Part shown: piece by piece, positions 13,593 to 21,033 of the stretch
Numbering within the stretch: position 1 is the stretch's first letter
Layout: every line of letters starts with the position of its first letter
Assembly (NCBI RefSeq): GCF_022288725.1
Contig: NZ_JAKNTA010000013.1
Span: 6,580-30,579, forward strand
Reading direction: 5' to 3'
DNA from: Kitasatospora sp. A2-31
Lineage (GTDB): Bacteria > Actinomycetota > Actinomycetes > Streptomycetales > Streptomycetaceae
Length of the DNA stretch: 24,000 nt
The notes under the pieces: generated by a model
Database searches by the model: none
Told to the model about the DNA's origin: nothing
The model's input: only the letters and a program-made list of their open reading frames with translations
Program-made: the position numbers and the translations under genes

Positions 13593-13618
13593 GAGCGGGA
13601 GCACGCGGGCTCCCGCTC
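13593..13618 (-). terminator. hairpin downstream of the M23-lectin gene
   Basis: gagcgggagc (13593-13602) is the perfect reverse complement of gctcccgctc (13609-13618), with a 6-nt loop. It lies about 70 nt after the stop at 13686. Confidence 0.4.
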
Positions 13619-13685
13619 CGGCCGCCCGCAGCGGGCTGCGCCTGCTGATCGGGGACGTCGTCGCTCTCCGGTGGTTCCGGTGCGG

Positions 13686-15230
13686 TCAGGGGACGGCGGG
13701 TCCGGCGGTGGTGTGGAGCCAGGTCCAGTCGGACCAGGTGGAGAAGCCGGTCTGCCACTTGTGGTGGACGCCGGCGTTGCTGGTGCCGAACACTTCGATC
13801 CGGCCGTCGGCGTTGGCGGTGGCGGTGATCTCGGTGCCGGCGCCGCCGAAGGTGTCCCACGGGCCGTAGGGTGCGTTGACGCCGGTCTGCCAGGTGTGTT
13901 GGGCGGTGGTGGTGTTGATGGCGAACACTTCGATGCGGCCGTCCGCGGTGGGCTGGCTGGTGAGTTGGGAGTCGGCGGGTCCGCCGGTGGGTTGCCAGTC
14001 GGACCAGGTGGTGGGGTTGGTCTGGTACTTGTGGAAGACGCCGGCGGGTCCGGAGGCGAAGACTTCGAGGCGGCCGTCCTGGTTGTGGTCGACGGTGAGG
14101 TCGTGGCCGCCGCCGCCGAAGGTCTCCCAGGTGGACCAGGTGCCGTTGGCGGTGGTCTGCCATTGGTGTTGGAAGGTGGTGGTGTTGAGGGCGAAGACTT
14201 CGAGTCGGCCGTCGGGGGCTTTGCCGAGTGAGATGCGGCTGTCGGCGGGTCCGCCGGCGGGTTGCCAGTCGGACCAGCCGCTGTTGGGGGCGCTCTGGTA
14301 CTTGTGGAAGACGCCGGCGGGTCCGGAGGCGAAGACTTCGAGGCGGCCGTCCTGGTTGGAGCCGGTGGCGAGGGAGTGGCCGCCGCCGCCGAAGGTCTCC
14401 CAGGTGGACCAGGCGCCGGAGGGCTGGAGCTGGTAGCGGTGTTGGAGGGTGGTGCCGTTGAGGGCGAACATCTCCAGGCGGCCGTCGGGGTTCGGGCCGA
14501 TCGCCAGCTCGGCACCGCCCGGGCCGCCCAGGGACTCCCAGTCCGACCAGGCACCGCTCACCGCGGTCTGCCAGGCGTGCGAGACGCCGTCGGCACCCGC
14601 GGCGAACACCTCCAGCCGGCCGTCCGCCGAACGCGCCGACACCACCCTCCCCGACTGCGCCGGATACACCGGCGGGGTGGGGCGGGGGCCGGTTCCCGGA
14701 GTGCAGGGCATGGTGATCCCGCGCTCCGCCAGGTAGGGGATCGGGTCGGTGCGCACGGTCGCGTCCGAGTCGGCCCAGACCCGTAGGTGCAGGTGCGGGC
14801 CGCTGGAGGTGCCCTCGCTGCCCATCAGTGCGATCAGCTGACCTGCCGTCACGTGGTCGCCGGCGGCCACGTCCCGCTCGCGCATGTGCCCGTACTCGGT
14901 GATGGTCCCGTCCGGGTGCAGGATGCGGATCCACTGGCCGTAGCCCTGCGCCGGGCCGGAGACCAGCACCTGGCCGTCGCCGACCGCGTAGATCGGGGTG
15001 CCGTAGTCGTTGGCGATGTCGATGCCGTTGTGCTCGGGGGTGTAACCCTGGGAGATGTAGCCGGCGGCCGGGCAGGACGCGGTGAATCCGGCGGCCGCAG
15101 CAGGGGTGGCCGACGCGGGCGCGGCCGGCACGGTGACGGGCAGCAGCAGGGCGACCGCGGCGAGGGCCAGGCGCGCGGCGCGGGAGTACGTTCGACGGCC
15201 GAAGGAGGGGAGCACCGGCGCGCCCCTCAT
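13686..15230 (-). CDS. secreted M23 (LytM-type) metallopeptidase fused to a seven-bladed PLL-type lectin beta-propeller
   Basis: ATG 15230. Signal peptide 'MRGAPVLPSFGRRTYSRAARLALAAVALLLPVTVPAAPASA'. M23 motifs 'HNGIDI' (HxxxD) and 'GPHLHLRV' (HxH). Seven repeats follow of 'DGR[LI]E[VM]F....H.[WY]Q.....WS.W...GG', as in Photorhabdus PLL-family fucose/O-methyl-sugar lectins. Confidence 0.85.
   Translation of the reverse strand: MRGAPVLPSFGRRTYSRAARLALAAVALLLPVTVPAAPASATPAAAAGFTASCPAAGYISQGYTPEHNGIDIANDYGTPIYAVGDGQVLVSGPAQGYGQWIRILHPDGTITEYGHMRERDVAAGDHVTAGQLIALMGSEGTSSGPHLHLRVWADSDATVRTDPIPYLAERGITMPCTPGTGPRPTPPVYPAQSGRVVSARSADGRLEVFAAGADGVSHAWQTAVSGAWSDWESLGGPGGAELAIGPNPDGRLEMFALNGTTLQHRYQLQPSGAWSTWETFGGGGHSLATGSNQDGRLEVFASGPAGVFHKYQSAPNSGWSDWQPAGGPADSRISLGKAPDGRLEVFALNTTTFQHQWQTTANGTWSTWETFGGGGHDLTVDHNQDGRLEVFASGPAGVFHKYQTNPTTWSDWQPTGGPADSQLTSQPTADGRIEVFAINTTTAQHTWQTGVNAPYGPWDTFGGAGTEITATANADGRIEVFGTSNAGVHHKWQTGFSTWSDWTWLHTTAGPAVP
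13971..14413 (-). repeat. intragenic tandem duplication, 270-273-bp period (two propeller blades)
   Basis: 14021-14084 is identical to 14294-14357 (64/64 nt). 13971-14007 vs 14241-14277 and 14103-14140 vs 14376-14413 are near-identical. One 3-bp indel lies between the blocks. Confidence 0.9.
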
Positions 15231-15355
15231 GCCGCGCGCAGACGGCCGACGGTGCCGCCGGCCGCCGCCGGGTCGGCGGCGCCCGGTGCCGGGGCGGTGC
15301 CGAGCCCGCCGGGGGGCCCGGGGACGTTCCTGCGGGTGCGGTGGTGCGCGGTCAA
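15227..15355 (-). CDS. candidate 42-codon leader ORF (TTG start) translationally coupled to the M23-lectin gene
   Basis: A perfect AGGAGG (15366-15361) lies 5 nt before TTG (15355-15353). The stop TGA (15229-15227) overlaps the M23 ATG (15230-15228) as ATGA. The M23 ATG has no SD of its own. Third-position GC is very high within the ORF but drops upstream of the TTG in the same frame. The peptide is 'LTAHHRTRRNVPGPPGGLGTAPAPGAADPAAAGGTVGRLRAA', with no recognisable family. Confidence 0.3.
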   Translation of the reverse strand: MTAHHRTRRNVPGPPGGLGTAPAPGAADPAAAGGTVGRLRAA

Positions 15356-15799
15356 CGTGACCTCCTGAGGGCGCGTGACGGCCATCTGTCCGGACCGCCG
15401 GGAGTGGAGCGGTTGGGACGTTAGCCACGCACCGCGCGGCGCAGAACCCGGAACCATCCGGACTGACGGGCGCGGGACCGGCCGAGGAGACTGTCGGGCG
15501 GACCGTCTGTCCTGCGGGCGGGGGGTGTGCCGGACAGCGACCGTCATGGGTCGTCAGCAGGAGTCGAGGAGGGGCCGACCGAGCGCGACGAGCCGCGGAC
15601 GGGGACGGAGAGCACCGCGGCCCGGCCGAGACGGCCGCACACCGGCCGGATCGGGGCAAGCCGCTACGCGGCGTCGCCGGGCTACCCGGCAGGTCGTCCT
15701 GCCGAGGGGCCTGTTGAGTGCCCGTCCGGCGCGGCGGGTGGTCGCCGAGGCCGCCGGGTGAGGCGCCGCTGCCGGCCGCTCGGAGGGCGGACGGCAACC

Positions 15800-15820
15800 G
15801 CCTCGCCGGTGGAGCGAGGC
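15800..15820 (-). terminator. short hairpin abutting the MFS stop codon
   Basis: gcctcgc (15800-15806) pairs with gcgaggc (15814-15820) around a 7-nt loop. The stem is only 7 bp. Confidence 0.3.
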
Positions 15821-17395
15821 TCAGACCTGTCCCTCGCGGCCGGTCGGCAGGGGCTGCTGCTCCTCGGTGGCGGCCTCGGACTGCACGCCGGCACGGAGGC
15901 CGACGATCGCCACCACCGCGGCCACGGCCATGATGACCGCCATCCAGTAGAAGACCGTCTGGGTGGCGTGGGCGAAGTCGACCCGGAAGAACTGCGGGAT
16001 GTCCGCGGTGCCCCCGCTCCCTCCGCTCTGCGCCTGGACCTGGGAGAGGTGGGCGGCCGTGGAGGACGCCTGGGCGGGCGGCAGGCCCTGGGCCACCAGG
16101 GAGTCGGTCAGCCGGGAGCGCAGGTCGGTGACCAGGACGGTGCCCAGCACGGCCAGTCCCAGGCTCGCGGCGTAGTTGCGGACCGTCTGGGTGATGCCGG
16201 TCGCCTCGCCGTAGGAGAGCCGCGAGGCACGGTTGACGGCGTCCGTGCTGGCGGGCGAGAGCATGAAACCCATGCCGGCGCCGGCCAGCACGACGTCCCA
16301 CTGCTGCTCGCTGAAGCTCAGCGTAGTCACGTCGCCCGCCCACAGGTAGAAGCCGACCGCGGCCAGCACGCACCCGAGCACCACCGGTCGCTTCGCGCCG
16401 CCCCGGTCGAGCATCCGGCCGCCGATCTGCGAGGCGATCACGAACCCGATGAAGAAGTAGAGCAGGAAGACGCCGGCCTCCGAGGAGGAGTCACCCAGCG
16501 CGATCTGCGCGTACTCGCTGGAGAAGAAGAACACGGGGACGAAGACCAGCATCGAGATGCCGAGCACGAGGTTCTGCACGAAGAACGCGCGGATGCGGAA
16601 GATGTCCACCTGGATCAGCGGCGAGGCGGTGCGTCTCTCGACGACCGCGAAGACGACCAGCAGCGCGGCACCGGCCGCGATGCAGAGCCCGATCGCCGGG
16701 TTCGACCAGCCCCAGACCTGCGACTGCTGGAACCCGAAGACGCTCAGTCCGACACCGCCGGCGATCAGGGCCAGGCCCCGGTAGTCCATGGGCGCCGGAC
16801 GGATCTCCGTCACCGGCTTGGAGACCGCGACCAGCACCAGCGCGACGGCGGCCACCGGCAGGTTCACCCAGAAGATCGCCCGCCAGGTCCATTCGGTCAG
16901 GTAGCCGCCGAGGACCGGGCCGATCGCGGTCAGACCGCCCGCGATGCCGAAGAACAGGGCCAGCGCCCGCCCCCGCTCGCGCAGCGCGAAGCTCTGCACC
17001 ACGATGGCGAGGGCTGCCGGGAACATGATCGCGCCGCCGAAGCCCTGGACGGCACGGAAGGCGATCAGCCATCCCTCGGCCAGGCTCCCGGTGGGGGTGA
17101 GGCCGCAACAGGCCGAGGCACCCGCGAACACCACCACCCCGAGGACCACCATCTTGCGGTGACCGACGGTGTCGGCGAGCCGGCCGCCGAACGCGAAGAA
17201 CGCGGCCAGGGTGAGCAGGTAGGCGTTGACCGCCCACTGCACCCCCGTGCTGGTCAGCTCCAGCTCGTGCTGGATGTTCGGTACGGCGATCGACACGATG
17301 GTCTGGTCGATGAAGGTCATCGCAACGGCGAAGATCATCGCCGTCAGCACCAGGTAACGCGAGGATCCGCCGACGGTAGCAGTCTGCATCGTCAT
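15821..17395 (-). CDS. MFS transporter, DHA2 (EmrB/QacA-like, 14-TMS) family
   Basis: ATG 17395 ('MTMQTATVGGSSRYLVLTAMIFAVAMTFIDQTIVSIAVPNIQHEL'). 'GGRLADTVGHRKMVVLG' is the MFS motif A-like loop. The protein is 524 aa and hydrophobic throughout. The ORF-track upstream extension is Arg/Pro-rich. Confidence 0.85.
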   Translation of the reverse strand: MTMQTATVGGSSRYLVLTAMIFAVAMTFIDQTIVSIAVPNIQHELELTSTGVQWAVNAYLLTLAAFFAFGGRLADTVGHRKMVVLGVVVFAGASACCGLTPTGSLAEGWLIAFRAVQGFGGAIMFPAALAIVVQSFALRERGRALALFFGIAGGLTAIGPVLGGYLTEWTWRAIFWVNLPVAAVALVLVAVSKPVTEIRPAPMDYRGLALIAGGVGLSVFGFQQSQVWGWSNPAIGLCIAAGAALLVVFAVVERRTASPLIQVDIFRIRAFFVQNLVLGISMLVFVPVFFFSSEYAQIALGDSSSEAGVFLLYFFIGFVIASQIGGRMLDRGGAKRPVVLGCVLAAVGFYLWAGDVTTLSFSEQQWDVVLAGAGMGFMLSPASTDAVNRASRLSYGEATGITQTVRNYAASLGLAVLGTVLVTDLRSRLTDSLVAQGLPPAQASSTAAHLSQVQAQSGGSGGTADIPQFFRVDFAHATQTVFYWMAVIMAVAAVVAIVGLRAGVQSEAATEEQQPLPTGREGQV

Positions 17396-17757
17396 CCGTT
17401 CGGGGATGCGTCCGCGCGTCACTGCCGGCGGACCACCTGGGGGACGGGCCCGTCGTGGAGCAAGGGGCCCGGATCCCTGCCGTTGGCTCGGCGGCTCCCA
17501 TGCTAGCGACCGGTCCGCGGCGCACGGCGGAGCCGCGCCCGGAGCCCCCGGCCGCCCTACTTCCCGCCGCGGCTGCTCGCGGCGGCCGCATGCGCCTGAC
17601 GCGCGCCCCGCACCCGGTCCGGCGCAGCGACGCCACGCGTTCGGCACGGAATCTCCGTGCGGGCGGGACGGTTGATGTTCGGAGAGACGATCCGACGGTT
17701 CCGGCACCGATGTGCCGGACCGGCGTCCGGACGAGCCCGCATCGTGAGGTGTGTCCC

Positions 17758-18117
17758 ATGGCTGAAAGCCCTATCCGGGGGATCGATCCCGCGGCCCGGC
17801 CGAGCGGGGACGGGTGTGTGGAGTGCCTGGCAGGGGACGGACCGGGGTGGTGGTTCCACCTGCGGCGCTGCGCCGCGTGCGGGCACATCGGGTGCTGCGA
17901 CTCCTCGCCGTCCCAGCACGGCACACGGCATGCCCGGGAGGCAGGGCATCCGTTCCTGGCCAGCTTCGAGCCCGGTGAGGCGTGGCTGTGGAACATCGAG
18001 ACCGAGCAGTACTACGAGGGGCCGGAGCTGGCGGCGCCCGTGGCGCACCCGGCCTCGCAGCCGACGCCCGGCCCGCAGGGCAGGGTCCCCGCGGACTGGC
18101 AGTCGCACCTGCACTGA
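17758..18117 (+). CDS. UBP-type zinc-finger domain protein
   Basis: ATG 17758 follows GTGAGGTG. 'CVECLAGDGPGWWFHLRRCAACGHIGCCDSSPSQHGTRHAREAGHPFLASFEPGEAWLWNIETEQYY' matches the Cys/His spacing of ZnF-UBP domains. Confidence 0.8.
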   Translation: MAESPIRGIDPAARPSGDGCVECLAGDGPGWWFHLRRCAACGHIGCCDSSPSQHGTRHAREAGHPFLASFEPGEAWLWNIETEQYYEGPELAAPVAHPASQPTPGPQGRVPADWQSHLH

Positions 18118-18122
18118 GGAGC

Positions 18123-19067
18123 TCAGAGCGGTGGGACCGGCAGGCGCGGGTCCGTGATGCCGCCCGGGCAGGCGAGAGCGCCGACGTCCCAGCCGGAACG
18201 GAGGGCTCCGGCCCGGTACGCGCTCTCGTAGAAGGCGAGTGCGGCCGCTCGCGGATCGGTCTCGCTGCGGGCCGCGTCGTAGCCCAGGACCGCCAGCGGG
18301 CTGCCGTTGAGCTCGGTCCACCGCGCGGAGGCGGGTGTCAGCGGGCACTCGGCCAGCCGCTCGGGAGCGGGGGTGGTGTAGGAGTAGAAGGCCGGCTCGC
18401 CCAGCTCGGCGTCCCCGAACCAGAACCCGAAGCTGATCAGCTCCCTGGAGTACGCCTCGCGGGTCACCGGGTCCGTCTGCGGCGGCTGGTCGAGGGCGTG
18501 GTCGGAGAAGCGGGTGTGGGCGAGGTCGAACGAGTGCCAGAAGAGGTGGACGGGGCTGACCTTGCCCGAGAAGCGCGCCGCGAACTCCTCCAGCACCAGC
18601 CCGACCTGGCTGAGCACCTGCCAGTGGCGAGTCGCCCAGGCGGGATCGTAGCCGGCGTGCTCGACGTCCTCCGCGAACGGCCGGTCCGTGTCGGCCAGTC
18701 GGTAGGGCCGGGGCACCCGGATCGACACCCGGACGCCCAGTGAGTCCAGCGTCTCCAGGGTCTGCCGGTAGAACGAGGCGACGGACTGGCCGAGGAGCGG
18801 GAAGGACCCCTCCCTGCCGTCCACCGTCGCGACGACCAGCCGGTGGTCGACGAAGTCGAAGTCGATGGTGAAGACCGGGTTGCCGTCGACCAGTCCCATG
18901 GGCCGTGTGGTGATGCCGCGCCCGGTGAGGTGGAACGGGACGTTCCACCAGTGGTTGCGCCGCACGCTCGCCGCGAGGCGGATCTTGCCCACCACCTGGG
19001 AGAAGCGGTGCAGGGTCTCCTTCGTGTCCTGCCACTCGGCGAGTGGCATCGGCGGGAACAGCTCCAT
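18123..19067 (-). CDS. DUF5996-family protein
   Basis: ATG 19067 follows AGGAGGG. 'PPMPLAEWQDTKETLHRFSQVVGKIRLAASVRRNHWWNVPFHLTGRGITTRPM' and 'VHLFWHSFDLAHTRFS' resemble the conserved actinobacterial DUF5996 family (recognised from memory, not searched). Confidence 0.7.
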   Translation of the reverse strand: MELFPPMPLAEWQDTKETLHRFSQVVGKIRLAASVRRNHWWNVPFHLTGRGITTRPMGLVDGNPVFTIDFDFVDHRLVVATVDGREGSFPLLGQSVASFYRQTLETLDSLGVRVSIRVPRPYRLADTDRPFAEDVEHAGYDPAWATRHWQVLSQVGLVLEEFAARFSGKVSPVHLFWHSFDLAHTRFSDHALDQPPQTDPVTREAYSRELISFGFWFGDAELGEPAFYSYTTPAPERLAECPLTPASARWTELNGSPLAVLGYDAARSETDPRAAALAFYESAYRAGALRSGWDVGALACPGGITDPRLPVPPL

Positions 19068-19257
19068 CGCGCATCCCTCCTGCCGGGCGGCCGTGGTTCC
19101 ATGATGGGCGCGACGGTGCGGACGCGCAGACCGGTGGACCTGCTCGGCCCGCCGGGAGGGCGGGGGCGTGGACACCCGGGTGGCTCTCGGCGTCACCAAG
19201 GCGTCTCCCCGGTCCGTCCTGTCAGGGCATGGTCGGACGGACCGGGGAGGGGGCGCC

Positions 19258-19292
19258 GGGCCGGAGCGAGGGGAGGGGGGTCGCTCCGGTCC
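19258..19292 (-). terminator. hairpin after the aminopeptidase gene
   Basis: ccggagcga (19261-19269) pairs with tcgctccgg (19281-19289) around an 11-nt G-rich loop, extendable by 2-3 pairs. It lies 15 nt downstream of the stop at 19307. Confidence 0.5.
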
Positions 19293-19306
19293 GGCGGGCT
19301 CGCGTG

Positions 19307-20923
19307 TCAGTCGGCGCAGCGGGTACCGGGGGCGGGCAGCGTGCCGACCACCAGGTAGGCCTCGTACGCCGCGCCGACGCAGGTGTTGCCCCGGCCGAAG
19401 GCGCCGTGCCCCTCGCCCTCGCGGGTGAGCAGGGTGGCGTGGGCCAGGCCCTTGGCCAGGTTCTCCGCGGCGGCGTACGGGGTGGCCGGGTCGCCCGTGC
19501 TGCCGACGACCAGGATCGGGGCGCTGCCCTCGGCCCGGACGACGTGCGGCTTCTCGGGGGACCGGAAGGGCCAGTTCTCGCACTTGCCGTGCTGGTAGTC
19601 CTCGACGGAGACGCCCTGGGTGACCAGCGGGGCCTCGGCCTTGAGCTTGGCCACGACCTGCTGCGCGCGTTCCGGGGACGGCGCGGCGGCGGCCCCGTCG
19701 GCGCAGGAGATCGCGTCGCGGGAATCGCTGAAGGCGGTGTAGTGGCCCTTCTCGTCACGGCCGTGGAGGCGGTCGGCGGATGCGAGGAGGAGGTCGCCGC
19801 GCCTGCCGACCATGGCCATGGTGAGGGCGGCGCGCAGGGCCGGCCAGGCGTCCGTCTCGTCGCCGTAGAGCAGGGCCTGGGTGCCGGCCCAACCCAGGTC
19901 GCTGGTGAGCTTGCGCCCGTCGGCGGTGTCCAGCGGGCCGTCGTGCAGGCTCTCCAGGTAGTCCGAGGCCTTCCTCGCCGCGGTGTCCGGGTCGCTGCCG
20001 AGCGGGCACTCGGCGGCGTGGGCGCGGACGCAGTCGTCGGCGAAGCGCCGGAAGGAGGACTCGAACCCGATGGTCTGGTCGATGGACTCGTCCAGGGCGT
20101 CGGCGGCGGGGTCGACCGCGCCGTCCAGGATCAGCCGACCGGTCCGGGCGGGGAACTCCTCGGCGTAGAGGGCCCCCAGGTACGTGCCGTAGGAGATGCC
20201 CAGGTAGTTGAGCTTCGGGTCGCCGAGCGCCTGGCGCAGGACGTCGAGGTCGCGGGCGGTGTTGCGGGTGCCGACGAAGGGGAGCAGCCTGCCCGACTTC
20301 CCCGCGCAGGCGGTGGCGAGCTCCGTGTCCCGCCGGTCGAGCACCACACGACGTTTCGCCGGGTCGACGGGGAGGTCGACCTGGTCGCGGTCGTCCCGCT
20401 GCCGGTCGGTCAGACAGATCACCGGGGAGCTCGCCCCGGAGCCCCGCGGGTCGAAGCCCACGACGTCGAAGCGGTTGTGCAGGGCGCCGTCGAAGAGCTT
20501 TCGCCCCATCTCGACCATCTCCACGCCGGACCCGCCGGGGCCGCCGGGGTTGACCACCAGGGAGCCGATCCGGTGGGCGGGATCGGCCGCGGGCAGCCGG
20601 ACCAGCGCGAGGCCGAGCGCGTCGGCGGCCGGGTCGGCGTAGTCCAGCGGAACGCGCAGTTCGCCGCACTGCAGTCCGGTCAGGTCGACCGGTCGGCTCC
20701 CGGCGCCCGGCCGGCAGGCGTGCCAGTCGACGTGCTGGCCGTAGAAGGTGCCGAGCCGGGGGTCGGCGGTTCCGGCGGGCTTCGCGGCGCCACCGGCCGG
20801 GCCCACGGTCCCGGCGTCGGCCGGTTTGACGGTCGTCAGGTCGTTGCAGGCGGTGGTGAGCAGCAGGTTGCCGACGACGAGTGCCGCCAGCAAGAGGCGG
20901 CGGCCGGTCCGGTGGGTGGTCAT
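19307..20923 (-). CDS. alpha/beta hydrolase, S33 tripeptidyl aminopeptidase-like (Streptomyces Tap/SlpD/SlpE type), probable lipoprotein
   Basis: ATG 20923 follows AGGAA. 'MTTHRTGRRLLLAALVVGNLLLTTAC' is a lipobox-like signal. Motifs: 'VVNPGGPGGSG', 'VGFDPRGSG', 'NYLGISYGTYLGALYA' (GxSxG). The C-terminal TAP-like region ends in Cys. Confidence 0.8.
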   Translation of the reverse strand: MTTHRTGRRLLLAALVVGNLLLTTACNDLTTVKPADAGTVGPAGGAAKPAGTADPRLGTFYGQHVDWHACRPGAGSRPVDLTGLQCGELRVPLDYADPAADALGLALVRLPAADPAHRIGSLVVNPGGPGGSGVEMVEMGRKLFDGALHNRFDVVGFDPRGSGASSPVICLTDRQRDDRDQVDLPVDPAKRRVVLDRRDTELATACAGKSGRLLPFVGTRNTARDLDVLRQALGDPKLNYLGISYGTYLGALYAEEFPARTGRLILDGAVDPAADALDESIDQTIGFESSFRRFADDCVRAHAAECPLGSDPDTAARKASDYLESLHDGPLDTADGRKLTSDLGWAGTQALLYGDETDAWPALRAALTMAMVGRRGDLLLASADRLHGRDEKGHYTAFSDSRDAISCADGAAAAPSPERAQQVVAKLKAEAPLVTQGVSVEDYQHGKCENWPFRSPEKPHVVRAEGSAPILVVGSTGDPATPYAAAENLAKGLAHATLLTREGEGHGAFGRGNTCVGAAYEAYLVVGTLPAPGTRCAD

Positions 20924-21033
20924 GGTGGTTCCTGTCGAGCGGGATCGGGTGTGACGGTGGTGCGGTGGGGGAGGGGCCCGGCCGCCGACGGCAGGTGGTC
21001 CGGCGGGCTGTCGCGCCGGTCGCCGCCCGCCGG

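Noticed and set aside
9975-15230. bldA-dependent TTA codons in the regulatory and lytic genes
   Set aside because: The few TTA/TAA trinucleotides seen (e.g. near 13410, 13443, 15052, 17355) are intergenic or out of frame, so there is no evidence for TTA-based developmental control.
15367-15820. Possible c-di-AMP (ydaO-type) riboswitch, which often precedes actinobacterial cell-wall hydrolase genes
   Set aside because: I looked on the minus strand for the hallmark conserved segments (GGGGA.CCA, GGGGUGAAUC, ACCCGAAUCCGACAGCU-type). I found only vague CCGACAG/GGACAG similarity and no GGGGUGAAUC-like core. A cmscan would be needed to be sure.
15231-16373. Upstream extension of the M23-lectin ORF to 895 aa
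   Set aside because: The extension is Arg/Pro/Gly-rich, lacks a signal peptide, and runs into the MFS coding region in another frame. The ATG at 15230 gives a canonical signal peptide directly followed by the M23 domain.
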